Of a stretch of DNA of 64,000 bases, positions 11,144 to 24,143 are shown one piece after another (the stretch's first letter is position 1; each line of letters starts with the position of its first letter). Made by a program: the position numbers and the translations under genes. Source of the stretch: Marsupella aquatica (lineage: Eukaryota > Plantae > Marchantiophyta); NCBI GenBank assembly GCA_973895155.1, contig OZ316892.1:6190847-6254846 (forward strand), written 5' to 3'. A model generated the notes under the pieces. It was not told the DNA's origin and made no database searches. It saw nothing but the letters and a program-made list of their open reading frames with translations.

Positions 11144-14100
11144 TTGTATAAAGCAATAGTGAAATCAAGCTATAACTAGGTTAAGAAACTCCCAATGTAA
11201 CAGTAAAATGTGATGTATACTTTTGTTCAACAAACTAGGCTTTAAATTCAATCTTTACTGTAAGGACATACACTTAATTACTTAGTTAGTGAACGCCTGA
11301 AACATAATAATTTCAGGTTAAAGTTAAGCTCCTTAGTTATGTTATGGAGTCAAATAAAATTGGGCGATCAGGGACACTATCAGGGGAGGAATTCTTGGTT
11401 GTTGAACAAAAATATTAAGTTCCTTATTGGCAAGGTTGTTCAATCTGTCCGTGGTAATCTTCTGCAATGGATTTTCTGTTGTACTTATTAAACAGCTTGC
11501 TTAAAAATGTAAGACAGTTAGATTAACCTTCAAAATTGCCTGCAAAGTTGATTCTTTTTAACAGGAAACTTAAAAAGTTCTGACAGAAGGAACTTTAAGG
11601 TCTGCAAGCAACTTTGTGAGCAACTTTCTTATAATGCAGCCAAGACAAACTCAAGTGGCCTCACTGGATTCTTTTGAAAAAAGTATGTAGATAGAGTCAG
11701 GACTCACCACTTTGCGTGGTATATTTGTGGATTATCCAAAGCGAGTTATGGGTGTTGTACTAATTTTTTTACACTCAGCTATTGTGGATGAGCACATGCC
11801 ACGGCTGTAGAAAGGCTTAACTTTGCTTTGATAAGGTACTTGGACAAAATATTTGAAGGTACTAGTAGTTTGCATCTCAAATATTTCTTTATCATATACT
11901 ATTCATTAGTAATCCAAGTTTTGAAAAAGATGTGAAAGTATGGGACAAAGGAGTAAAACTTGGAGTGATCTTCAAACGATTCGATCCAATAATCCTTTAT
12001 CTTGTGGCTGCTCTGAAATACAAGGAATGTGCAGATTTGCCAATCTACTGATAGACATACTTTTGATATCCACTGGCTTTTTTCAGAGGTGCACTCAGTG
12101 CAGGCCGGAGATGCCATTAATGACCCTGCTGGCCGGATCGAGATACCACACGCTGCTGAGGGCCAGAAGTTTTGTGGAAATTGAAAAGCTTAGGTGGTTG
12201 CCCACTGGTGGAGTTAGACTATACTAGTGTGATTCTAATGAATGATAGGGTTGGCTGCCTTTCACACTAACTTGGAGACGGTGTAGGATCCCAGTGCTCA
12301 CTAGGTAGATTTACGCATTTGTCCCTCTCTTACTTGTTAGATAATTTAATAGTGGAGGCCTGGACGGGGACCTGGATAGTTCAGCTGAGTGCTTTGGTTG
12401 ACCCAGATGTCTCTTGGGGGTTTTTGTTCTCGCTCCGTGGTGGGACTCGATTGTTCTTTTATGTTGGCCTTTTCTCTCTGGTTGAGGTCCTGGAGAGTTT
12501 CATTTTTTGCCAATGTGTGTTAGGTGTTATGTGGGGTCTTTCCTGCCCTGTTTGTGTCCCTCTGACCATGATGTTTTTGTGGTCTCTATCAAAAGTAAAA
12601 TGTTTTGGGTGTTCCCCCCACCCCCCCCCCCCAAAAAAAAAAAACAATCCTTCATCTTGGTTAGATCATTTGACAAAAAGCTAGAATCTTACCTCCATAA
12701 GCTTCATTAATTTGTAAACATATGAAATAACTTAATTAGCTTGAGGACCACTTGGTTATGTAAGCTTGCTTTATTGAACAATTTGGAGCCATGAAGAGGT
12801 GCACATTGGAATAGATAAATGTTAGGACAAAGATTAAATGAAGGATTCTAAATGAAGTGAATTTGAAAGGTAGTTACCTAGGACAATTTTATTGAAGACA
12901 AATAGGAGTATATTCCCAGTAATATTGAGGGTAATATATTCTCCATGCAAAAAGTTTCCCTTAGTACCTCTATGTCTATACAATACTGACATGTAACATT
13001 GCATATATATAGTTCAAATTATTACTTTGTCCATAGTAGTTGAAAGGTCTTATAGTCCCTTGGTATTCCTCTCCCCATAGTAGTTATCAAATGGTGTTTC
13101 TTACTACTTGTTACTCCTCTATCCATAGTGCTGTCAAAGGGTTTCTTAAGTTAATTATCTTGGTAAATGTACGTTTGAGATGTTAAAATTAAAGTTTCTT
13201 GCCCCAATGGGTTTCTTATGTTACCTTGGTAAATGTTGGAGTACTAGTTGAAGGGTTTCTTAATTTCTACTTGTGGTCAAGTGCAAGATTGAGGGGTACC
13301 AAAGGATACAATCTGAACTAAGGACAATGTACCACTTTTAAAGTACTGAAGGAAATGATTGAAAATGTCATTAAAATGTAGTTGAATATACTCCCCAAAA
13401 GGTTGGCAACACTTCTAACAATGCTGTGTACACTTCCAAAGACTTAGTTGGCATGAAAGATCTAACCTTTAAATCTTTTCCAAGTAATCCTAATCATTCC
13501 ATGTCATATTTTGGTCATTATGGAATATTCTTGCAATATGGACAAGGAGTATGTCCTTTTTGTGGAGAAAATGCTAGACTTTGCACTACCCCTCAAGCTT
13601 GCTTTTGAGCTTGTCATTGTTTCAAAAATGTGAAAATTGATAGAATATTCAAACAGATTACCAGAAACACTGATATCGGCACTGATATATCAATCACAAC
13701 TCAATTAAAGATTATTTTCTTTTACCCCTATTTTACCATTTTATTTGTTTACTTGAAATGTTACTTTTCAGTTTTTCTTTGTTAATTTTTACAATTATAG
13801 GGTTTAACTGTTTTTTCTTTGTCTTGCCTCAAACACAAATAGTCAAATTTGGTTCTTCTTGCATAACTAATTATAGTTCTTGTTTGTGACAAATCATCCC
13901 GATGTGACTGCATCCAGGAATTTGGGAAGAAACTTCTCATGGGGATCCGTAAATAATTGTATATATATATAGTAGGGCAAGTCTTAGATATTGTAGTTAC
14001 TTCCATAGTACTCATACAAGTGATTTTAGAGGATGCCTGAGTAAGTAGGACATTATTCACAAGAAAATATAGTGCTTTATCTATATATAGAATCTACCGC

Positions 14101-15763
14101 TCACAGACTGTAATCTTTTAATATTTTCCTCAAATAGCTTATTTGATTACATTCTTGCCAATCTACAAAGACTGCCAGGCTCCCAAACTTGAATTTTTGA
14201 TCACTTTGTAGGTTGTCACTCAACTTAATTGTATTCATGATCGAACTTGACCATTCACCATTTACAAGAAATTTCTTCTGCAATGGTGGAAAGAAAAATC
14301 AACTTTCAATATATTTGTTATCACACTTGTCCACCTACAGTAGCTGCATCCTGTTTATGAGCAGAATGCTACATGGTGTTCAACTGCACAAGGAACATCG
14401 ATCAGATTGAATGAAAATAATTGCTAAACAACATACTTCATTGCAGTGTTGTAGCTTTATTACCAATCCAAAATTCATGGCATCATTCAAATAAATTATT
14501 GCCATATATGATGAGGGAGCCAATAACTTCTTGTGAGTTACTTTGATCTTACATACTATAGGCTCATTAGATATTCAAATAAAAGCAGGCAACGTACAAG
14601 GCTTTGAGACTCTTTTCACCCATCTATTCATCTTGCCTTCAGTGACTGATCTAAGCGCAAACAGGAGCTAGAAAGTGCAAGTGAAACGGTTTCCGTCTAG
14701 CTCAGTGCAATCTTAGTTTTGGAACTTGGAACGGCTGGATTTAACTCAACAGCTAAGAAAAACAGCAGCAGTGTTAGGAACTGCAATCTGTATGCAAGCA
14801 AGGGTTCCAACAACTTGTTCCTTTGAGTTACCAACAACCAAAAAATTACTATCCATAATAAGGATGTCTTTCCTGATTTTTCAAATGTGTTTCAATTCGT
14901 GAGACCACTTTGGGGCTGTTCATTTGATTGAATCATTGTGATGCTATTTGGTTGGGGTTGCAACTACTGCTTCAAAGGATCAGTACTACTGCAAAGATAT
15001 GAAGGCTAGAGTTGTGTGGTGTGATTACCAAAAGGTGCACAATGCCAAGACCTCCAAAGAATGTACCAATGAAATCGTACGTACACGTGACAAAGAGCAT
15101 GAGATTAGTCGTGAAACTTGACATCCTTAACACTTAGCTTTGGCATCGCTGACTCCAATGCCGAGCTCCCCTATAATCCAAGCCCGGTGTCGTAAGGAAA
15201 TTAAAGTATATGGAGAATAACTTGGTTAATTAAATTGTGTGAAAATATTAAAGTAGAGATTTTTATGGTAACAAGTAGATTTTAATTTTTACCAAAGTAA
15301 AATTGTAAGTCTTGGTAATTTTCAAGAATTACCATAATGAAAAGTAATAGAATTTATCTAGTAAAAAGATAAATTTTAGTATTTCTAGAATCTACCATAG
15401 TAAATAGTAATTTCTAAAAAAATTTAATAGTAAAAAAGTAAAATTTGATAACTTCTAGAATCTACCATAGTAAATAGTAATTTCTAGAATTTCTTGAAGA
15501 TGAAACTTTGAAACTGGCAAGGTTGGCTATGCCGACAATATCATAAAAATAACGTCTAAACATCTATGATCAAGTAGGAACAACTCTACCGCTGAACTTT
15601 TCTTAGTTAGAAACCATATATATATATGAAGTATGAATGTCAATATTGATTTGAATGAGAGTGTCATTTCTGAATTTGCGTTAGATAGATACTAGGGAGA
15701 TTCTTACACAAAAGTTTGGGGAAGAAAGATACACTGCAATTATTATGTCGTCAGATTCATTAA

Positions 15764-15870
15764 TGTTAGACTATACCTTGACCGGAGGACCGGATCAGCC
15801 GGTCATCCCGACACTACCATATGTACCATTACCGAGACTATACTGAGACCATTGTTATCACCATTAAACA
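15764..15870 (+). repeat. 5' LTR (107 bp)
   Basis: TGTTAGACTATACC...CCATTAAACA; identical to 21281-21387 except one A/G. Confidence 0.96.
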
Positions 15871-15884
15871 CGTTATCAGCACGA
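15871..15884 (+). other. Primer binding site CGTTATCAGCACGA (half-tRNA-Ile type)
   Basis: Immediately follows the 5' LTR. Its reverse complement TCGTGCTGATAACG matches the anticodon arm of cytosolic tRNA-Ile(IAU), not a 3' CCA end. This PBS type is recalled as characteristic of Bianca elements. Confidence 0.75.
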
Positions 15885-17638
15885 GACTTTACCAGCGGAG
15901 CTCTGAGCGCAGAAAATTGAATTGCTATGGTGAATGGGATTGTATAAGATTAACGATTAGACTGAGCGGAGTGAATCAAGAAGAACCAAGAGAAAATAAA
16001 AAGAGTAGGCAGGACTGAATGAGAACGATTAGAAGCAAGGTGAATCCAGGAATCATGAAAAATGAGAATTGAGAGACTAGGATCGAAGACCTGTAAGAGC
16101 CGAAAAAGGAAGAGAAAGGCAGCACCGAGATTTCAAGGAGATGTCATAGGGACATTGAGACTCGAACTTGTAAGGACACAAGGGAGAGAATAGACCATGG
16201 AAGATTGTATCTCGGGATGTCAAAGAAATGCCACAAGTGATGATGGCGATCGAATGAAGTGTGGATTTCATTTGATTTCCTTTTCTTCATCAGCAACAGC
16301 AGCTATAGACAATCTATCATAGGCGCAGCGAGTAAAGGCCTTCTACGATCCATGCCTTGTGCGAGGAGATAATAGGGACATCGAGACTCGCGAGCAGAAA
16401 CAAAACAGAGAAAAGATTGAAAGGAGAATGGACTTTATAACTTATGGACGAATCATAAGGAACATCGTGTAGGCCATAAGACTTATCTTTTTTCTTTGAA
16501 AATCGAAAGGATAGGGGGCGAAGAATGCCCGATGTTGTCCGAAAGAAAATTCTGATAGGCCAGAAAGAAGGCCAAAGCGAGACGACACGAGTAGACCCCG
16601 AAAAGTGATCGAAAAAAAAAAGAAAAAGGAAAGGAGCGAAAAGAGCATAAGAGAAGCGCGAAGGAGATCGGGAATGAAGGAGCAAGCCGCAGCGAGGGAT
16701 CGCCCACCACAAGGCAGCAAAAGGTCGAAAGCAAAGAGAAATCTCTCCAAGAATCTCTGGCTGTACAACAGAAGCAGTAGAGGCGAAAGAGAGATCAAGG
16801 CGCAATCTGAAATTACCATGATTTCAAGGCCGAACCATGACGGAACGATCCCATGAGGACATCGAAGATCACTTAAGGAGGCAGAAGAGCAGAGCCTAGA
16901 CATAAACGGCAGCCCCCCCGAAATTGCAAGTCAAAAACTGAAGGCAGAAATGGAAAAAGAGATCGATACGGCATAGCAGAACGAGGAACCTAAGAGCGCA
17001 ACAAAGGGGAGAATCGAAGGAGAGATAGAAATCGATAAGGCCCGAGGAAAAGGCATAAGAAAACCAAGTTAGCGAGCAATGGAGAAATAAGCCTGAAAGA
17101 AGCGAACCGAGAGGAGGAACACCCTAGGATGGATTGCCACGAATGAAAACGACTGAAAATGAGATCAGAAAGTCGAGTGAAGGGCACCTCGACAAATCTC
17201 GCAACATCAAGGCTCAAAACAACGAGGAAAAGTCAAACCCGAATCAAAACCGCTAAGTGCACGCCCCATAACTGCAACATAACCGCAAAACCTCCATACG
17301 TGCATTCCATAACAAAGGGAATTTACTTTACAAAGCCAAATTTGCACATAACCAATGCAAGAGTAAACATAAATCATAACTGCAACCCTAAGTGCACAAG
17401 TGGATAACTGCACAGTTTAACAAAGAAAAAAGCATCTACAAAAGAAAATTTGCAGTTAAACAAATACCAAGAAAACCCTAAACCATAAGTGCAAAACCTA
17501 AGAAGGAATTTCAGATTTGCATGCGTTCTCCACCCAGCTCCACCTTGCATGCCGCATAAATGTGCTTAGTCATTCCTTACTATACTTACTAGTATATAAA
17601 CCTCAACCACACTAAAAAGGAATCCAGCCATCAACCCT

Positions 17639-18985
17639 ATGACGAACCTCGAGAAACTCAACTTTCCAGCCCTTGACATCGACGGTAGTAACTACCTAGA
17701 ATGGTCAATGAACCTTAGAGAGAACCTTACATCGCTAACCCTACTCCCAGCGATAGGAATGGCACAACCTATCCTCGCCGGCGAACCTCAGCCAGATCCA
17801 CTGACTAAAGCCAACGAATCGAAAGCCCTAGTATTCCTGAGACGCCACATCCATAGATTCCTCCAGAGACAATACATGCACCTTTCGACCCCTCGGGAAC
17901 TATGGACAGCCCTACAGACCCAATTCGACCACCAGAAACTGTTCGAATTACCTAGAGCCAGACAAGACTGGCTCAACCTGCGGGTCCAGGACTTTACCTC
18001 AATTTCAGCCTACAATAGTGAACTCTTTAGAATAACCTCAACCCTCGCACTATGTGGCGAGCCAGTTACGGACAAGGATCTGCTAGAGAAGACCTTGTCG
18101 ACATTTCATTCATCGAATGTGTGGGTATCAACACAGTATCGAAACATGAAGTTCGGGCAATACTCCGAGCTCATAGCCCACCTTCTAGTCACAGAGAGGA
18201 ACCAAGAACTTCTTTTAGTTAACTCTAGAAAACGTCCTGCGGGCACACTGCCCTCAGGATCCGAGAGTGAAACACATCTTACCGACACCGCTGAACCCTC
18301 CACATCAAGGCAGGGCATTAAGCGCAGGAGGAATGGCAACCATAGAAACAACCCCAACAGGGGGAGTTTCTTTAACCAACGTCCACAATATAACTCCCAA
18401 CGAACCTTTCGAGGACGCGGAGGACGAGATGGACGAGGAGGACAAGGAGGACGAGGCGGACGTGGCGGACGCGGAGGACGCGGTGGTGGTAGACCATATA
18501 ACAACAACCGTAGGAACGATCGGTCACAATCCCGACAACAACGGGAACAACCGAAATGCCATGAATGTGGCATGACAAACCACCTCACGAGAAACTGTAG
18601 AATCCCGCAACACCTTAGAGATTTATATCAACGGTCCATCCAGGATGGACAAACCCCAAGGCCACCACCCCGTGAAACCCACGGGGCATTTATGGAGTCT
18701 AGTGACCCATTCCAAGACTTCTCAGACCTACCCGCCCAACCCGAGGCACACTTAGTGGCAAGTAGCTCCACTACACCAGACTTAAATAGTCTAAGCACAT
18801 GTATCATTGACAGTGCCACGACACATACTATCCTCCGGGATAAACACCTTTTTCACATGATTACACCATCACATAGGTCCCTGACCACTATAAATGGTCC
18901 TAGTCAAATAGAAGAGTGCTTCGGCCCAGCTTCTATTAGATATTCCAGCTGTGAGAGCATCTGCCCACATCGAATTATCAAATGA
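17639..18985 (+). CDS. Copia Gag plus truncated aspartic protease
   Basis: N-terminus MTNLEKLNFPALDIDGSNYLEW is Bianca-like. Contains DWLNLRVQDF, an RGG-rich tract, zinc knuckle CHECGMTNHLTRNC and protease motif IIDSATTHTIL. The frame is lost at a deletion junction near 18940. Confidence 0.88.
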   Translation: MTNLEKLNFPALDIDGSNYLEWSMNLRENLTSLTLLPAIGMAQPILAGEPQPDPLTKANESKALVFLRRHIHRFLQRQYMHLSTPRELWTALQTQFDHQKLFELPRARQDWLNLRVQDFTSISAYNSELFRITSTLALCGEPVTDKDLLEKTLSTFHSSNVWVSTQYRNMKFGQYSELIAHLLVTERNQELLLVNSRKRPAGTLPSGSESETHLTDTAEPSTSRQGIKRRRNGNHRNNPNRGSFFNQRPQYNSQRTFRGRGGRDGRGGQGGRGGRGGRGGRGGGRPYNNNRRNDRSQSRQQREQPKCHECGMTNHLTRNCRIPQHLRDLYQRSIQDGQTPRPPPRETHGAFMESSDPFQDFSDLPAQPEAHLVASSSTTPDLNSLSTCIIDSATTHTILRDKHLFHMITPSHRSLTTINGPSQIEECFGPASIRYSSCESICPHRIIK

Positions 18986-20968
18986 GCCAGCAAGTACATC
19001 CCAACCTCGTGCAAAACGAGGTAGACCCTTGGGATCAAAAGATAAACAACCACGAAGGCGCGGTTCATCTATACCACCTTCACCTGATGTCGATCATACC
19101 GAATCCACAACTCATGAAGAAATTTCTATCCACTACGCACACACCGGTACGATGTGAGATAGAAATACTACTTCCATAGATGATGCTTTTGCATTAATGG
19201 TGGCAACACATATCACTGATGATACACCCGAACCAATAGCCCGAATGGCAAAAAGCTATAAAAAGCTATAAATGGAGAATTAGATTCCCTACTCAGCAGA
19301 CACACTTTTGGCCCAGTCGAGCCAACACCGCAAGACGTACACCTAATTGGCTACAAGTGGACATTTGTCCGAAAAAGAAATGATAAAGGCCAAGTTGTAC
19401 GCTACAAAGCACGTCTGGTAGGGAAAGGATTTACCCAACAACCGGGAATTCATTACGATGAAACTTACTCACCGGTTATGGATAGCACAACATTCCGATA
19501 CCTCATCGGATTTGCCATTTTCCATAAACTACAAATGCGACAACTGGATGTTGCGACCGCATATCTATATGGAACTTTAGACACTTGTCTATACATGCGA
19601 TCACCTCCTGAGTTGGAGCAACGACGCCGAGCTTTAGCTCAAGGCGCTAAATCGCATATCCCATATTTACATAAGATTATAACACAATTATCTCAAGTTA
19701 CACCTCATGTGTCATCTACACATGTAACTCATAATAACGACACTGCTGTGTCAACCGTACGGAATACTCGCCGCGGACTAGCTATCCGCGTGTTGAAGGC
19801 ATTATATGGCCTGAAACAAAGTGGCAGAGTATGGTATCAAAGATTTACTGATGAAATGATTGCCATGGGTTTTTCCCATGATGCCATTACACCATGTTTA
19901 TTTATTAAACATGTGGATGATGAATATGTCATCGTTTCTATTTATGTTGATGACTTAAATATATTTGGGACACCCCAATTGATAGAAGATACTATTACTA
20001 GTCTTAAATCCACATTTGAGATGAAAGACCTTGGACATACAAACTTTTGCTTAGGCTTACAACTAGAGATCCTACCCACTGGCATGATGCTCCATCAGAC
20101 AACACAAACGGAAAAGATCCTAAAACAGTTCAATATGAACCTAGCACACCCATTGACGTCACCAATGGTTGTACGTTCATTAGAAAACAACACTGATGTT
20201 TTTCGCAAGCGCGAAGAACATAAACCCATATTAGGACCAGAAACTCCATATCTTTCTACGATAGGAGCATTAATGTACCTAGCAAATCAGACCAGACCAG
20301 ACATTGCATTTGCAATTAACTTACTAGCCAGACATAGTGCAACTCCCACAACCAGACACTAGAACGGAGTTAAGCACGTATTTAGATATCTATGTGGAAC
20401 CACCGATACCGGGTTATTTTACCCATTCGGTGCAAACCACGAGCTCACAGGATATGCGGATGCCGGATATCTCTCCGACACTGATACCGCAAAATCCCAA
20501 ACCGGATACATTTTTACTATAGGGGGTACCGCTTTTTCTTGGAAAAGCGTGAAACAGACCCTAACAGCAACCTCATCGAACCACTCAGAAATCTTAGCTC
20601 TACATGAGGCTAGTCGTGAAGCCGTTTGGTTACGATCCTTTATAAACCACATCAACACCAAATGCAGCCTACCACCACTAACGAAGCCTACTAACATTTT
20701 TGAGGATAACGCAGCATGTATACAGCAGATCACAAAAGGATTCATCAAAGGCGATCGCGTGAAGCATATAGCTCCGAAGTTTTTCTATACCCACGAGTTA
20801 CATGGAAAAGAGATCAACATTTTGCAGATTTCAAGTGCAGACAACTGTGCGGATCTCTTCACCAAATCACTACCACCATCAGTTCATCACCGACACTGCC
20901 AGGCGATTGGACTACGGAGCGTGCGACGCATGATGACCGTGGAGGCTGCTACTCCACATGATACTTGA
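18942..20968 (+). pseudogene. Copia pol remnant: post-integrase linker, reverse transcriptase, RNase H (disrupted)
   Basis: KRGRPLGSKD linker; GYKWTF..KR, YKARLV, LDVATAYLYG, ALYGLKQSGR, YVDD; GYADAGY, SSNHSE, FEDN, ADLFTKSL. In-frame stops at ~19155 (TGA) and 20360 (TAG), both at conserved Trp positions. 10-bp duplication aaaagctata at 19251-19270. Confidence 0.9.
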
Positions 20969-21271
20969 TGATGCTGACGACATGCTGTTGACGACCGACT
21001 GATGAAACAGATGTTAAACTTAGATTTACTATAACATCTAACTTTATTTAACATTGACATTTATTACGACGAGGACTATTAGACTACACTCTTTTTCCTT
21101 TAGCACTCATATTTTTCTCTGCTACACTGGTAGAGTTTTTACTAAGCTAGAGTTGATAAAGGTTTTTTAACGAGGCAGTCTACCTCGCTTGTACTTATAT
21201 CATGTACCCCTATGAACATGATATAATTTAGGTATAGTCTATGTTGTCTATATAGTTGTCACTATATATCC

Positions 21272-21280
21272 AAAGGGGAG
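21272..21280 (+). other. Polypurine tract
   Basis: AAAGGGGAG directly abuts the 3' LTR. Confidence 0.85.
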
Positions 21281-21387
21281 TGTTAGACTATACCTTGACC
21301 GGAGGACCGGATCAGCCGGTCATCCCGGCACTACCATATGTACCATTACCGAGACTATACTGAGACCATTGTTATCACCATTAAACA
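21281..21387 (+). repeat. 3' LTR (107 bp)
   Basis: TGTTAGACTA...TTAAACA followed by TSD ATTAA. Confidence 0.96.
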
Positions 21388-21712
21388 ATTAATACTTTAT
21401 AGATATAAAAATAAGGATGTGAGTGTTTTCATATTAGTGTAATAGATGAGAGATCATAGCTAAGAGTCAAAAAATACATAGAGAAGATGATCACTTGGAG
21501 AAGAGATTTGTGGAGTGCGGGCCTGGTCCCAACTACTCTGGTATTATTGTCAATATTTGGAGTAGATCACACATATCTTTTGGTACCAAAAGTGCTTAGG
21601 AGTCCTTGCAAAAAAGGGTACGCTCTTCTCATCCAATTTATCTGGAGAAAATTGCAAGAGGCAAAGGGGAACCCAAAATAATCAAGAAATCGCCAAGAGG
21701 GGACAAGGCTTT

Positions 21713-22009
21713 CTCGGGGGTTTCACTTCCACAAAAATGGCATATCACGTGCGATGAAGGATAGGGTCATTTTATTGGTTCTAAGGGAAGACTTAAGAAT
21801 TTTTGCAGAAGAACAATAGGGTCTTTTAAATTCAATTTGGAGACTTATAAGAACATTAGGGCCTTTTTATCCAAATTTTGGAATATTCCAAGAATATTCC
21901 AACTTTATAGGGGTTGAAAAATAATATTTTTTTTCTTACATTTTAGGGGGTCCGAGGCCTAAAAACGTCGCAGGTGATGGGGAGGTCCCCATATAGTGAG
22001 ACCCCCGAG
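21713..22009. mobile_element. MITE, subfamily B (297 bp)
   Basis: TIRs CTCGGGGGTTTCAC / GTGAGACCCCCGAG; perfect 8-bp TSD AAGGCTTT. Confidence 0.9.
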
Positions 22010-22610
22010 AAGGCTTTCAGGGGAATTGGTTCTAAGCATGAGGTCTTACAAAGTGGTGAATAGGGTAATTAGCATATGCAATCAGACACCCAATGTGTTC
22101 TTGAGAGCTTACTATTCCAAGGACATCGGAATGGCAATCTGAGGAGGAATTAGCATGGGGGGACTTATGGGCAATCGGTGTGGCACTGGCGAAGACAAGC
22201 TAGGCGCTAAGTTGGTGACACACACTAAGGACTTAGACTAGCTGAGGGCTGGACGGGGTCAGGGAAAAGGGCCAAACTCAAGGTCTACCGTCCGGACCCC
22301 TGGACGGACTTTGAGTTCTGAGGGCTTGAGTGAGATCGAGCTCCTCTTGGGCCCAAGGAATTCCATAGAGACAGACTTCATTTGAGAGTGAATTCAACAA
22401 AGACAAACTAGAATCCTTTGAAAAAACAATTCTACATATCATGGAGATAGGTATGGAGATGTTAAAGCAATTTGTGACACACGTACAATGTATCACTTAC
22501 ACTTGATCAACTAGTAGATTAGTATCTATATATATAGTCATTAGGATCATATACATAATTATAGAAAGGAACAATATGTGTAGTGATTTGGCCGTTATGA
22601 TTAATTAGGC

Positions 22611-22918
22611 CTCGGGGGCCTCACTCTAAAGGGGGTCTCATAACACGCTCGACGTTTTTAGCTATTAAATACCCTAAAAAATAAGAAAAAAAAAGTTTTT
22701 TTAAACTATTTTTCTACCCCTACCTTTTTGAAATATTCTAAAAATATTCCCAAAAATCATTTTTGAAACCCTATCTTCTCTTATAATTCTCAAAATTGGA
22801 TTTAAAAAACCTTAATGTTCTTCTATAGAAATTTAAAAGTATTCTTCTCAACCCAATAAATAAACCCTATACTTAGTTTCGCGTGATGGGTAGAGAGGAA
22901 ATAAGTGAGGACCCCGGG
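22611..22918. mobile_element. MITE, subfamily A (308 bp)
   Basis: TIRs CTCGGGGGCCTCAC / GTGAGGACCCCGGG; perfect 8-bp TSD AATTAGGC. Confidence 0.9.
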
Positions 22919-22972
22919 AATTAGGCTAGGAATAGGTAGTAAGCATAATGAGTATTGATTAGCCTAAGGATG

Positions 22973-23217
22973 CTCGGGGGGGTCACTTTCATGGAAGTGG
23001 CATATTATGTGCAATGAAGTATAGGGCCATTTAAATGGTTTTGTTGGAAGACTTATTAAGTCTTCAATGGAAATATAAGGTTGTTTAATTGCAAAATGCA
23101 TGTGTCATCACGTGATTGATGTCGTACAACTTTATAGAAAATAACTTAGGGGGGTTATAATTGACCCAAACCATCGCACGTGATATATGACCCTTCATAT
23201 ATAGTGACCCCCTTGAG
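22973..23217. mobile_element. MITE, related older copy (245 bp)
   Basis: Imperfect ~45-bp TIRs CTCGGGGGGGTCAC... / ...GTGACCCCCTTGAG; degenerate TSD TAAGGATG / TTATGATG. Confidence 0.72.
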
Positions 23218-23855
23218 TTATGATGCACACTATTATTTCTATTTGCTGCACCCTAACGGCGGTAGAGTGAAAGTTTGTTATGGAAAATCAAGCTTGGACT
23301 CAAGGCAATCACCTCAATCATGAGATGGCGGCTACGACTCGTACAAAGCAAGGTGAGTCATGTTTGAGTCCCATTGTGAGTGCCCATATAAACCCCTTTG
23401 GTGGCTCGTCAACTCATTCTTTACTTAGCGCCTAGCCAAATTTTGCCTGTTTCGCCTTTTGCTTGCGCTTACGTTCAATTGTAACTCAAGCAGACATCAT
23501 TTTTCTTCAAGAAAAACCAAAGGTCATTGCACATTGTAGTAGAATCCATTGACATGCAATACAAGGTAATCACTTAAGCTACCAATGGGATGAGTTTAGA
23601 CCTACCCAGTCAGAGGAGGAGTGAGTGTTGCAAGGTGGATCATCACTATCAACAAATAGTAAAGGTTAGTATGACCCTTCCTTCTGAGCTTGGAATTTGG
23701 ACCCTGTTTGGGGAAGTATGAGCCAAGCTATTTGAGACTGTCTTATTGGTATTCTTGTTGTAAACAACCTTAAGTTTGTTTGTAAACCCTATAATTTTGG
23801 AATATTCCAAAACGGGTTCCAAAATTTGATTAAAATGACCTTAATGTTCTTAAAA

Positions 23856-24143
23856 CCCAGGGGCCTCAATCCAAGGGGTGTCCCATATCATGCACAAAGT
23901 TGTAGGCAATAAACACCCTAAAACTTAAGTCAATAAAGTTTTTTTGAAGAATTTGTATACCCTTGATTTAATGGAATATTCTCAAATTTGGTTTTAAAAT
24001 GATTCTTATAATTCTCAAAATTGGATTAAAACAACCCTAATGTTCTTCAATAAAAATTTAAAAGTTTTTTATTGAACCCAATTAAAAAACCCTATACTTA
24101 GGTGTGCGTGATGGGTTGGAAGAAAAGAAGTGAGGACCTTGAG
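23856..24143. mobile_element. MITE, subfamily A (288 bp), nested in an older subfamily B copy
   Basis: Termini CCCAGGGGCCTCA / GTGAGGACCTTGAG; perfect TSD TCTTAAAA. The flanks (~23760-23855 and 24152-24287, ending GTGAAACCCCCGAG) join into one more MITE. Confidence 0.85.

Larger units (their letters stand above)
15764..21387 (+). mobile_element. Ty1/copia LTR retrotransposon, Bianca-like lineage, internally deleted (no integrase)
   Basis: Two 107-bp TG...CA LTRs with one mismatch, 5-bp TSD ATTAA (15759-15763 and 21388-21392), PBS, PPT, gag, protease start, RT (YVDD) and RNase H in copia order. Confidence 0.96.

Noticed and set aside
11940-12645. Possible LINE 3' remnant ending in a C-run and A-run
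   Set aside because: Only a weak LRWLPTGG similarity and an A tail; no TSD or RT motif to support a call.
16317-17413. Overlapping Phe/Leu/Ser-rich and Lys/Arg-rich ORFs
   Set aside because: Compositional artefacts of the purine-skewed copia leader.
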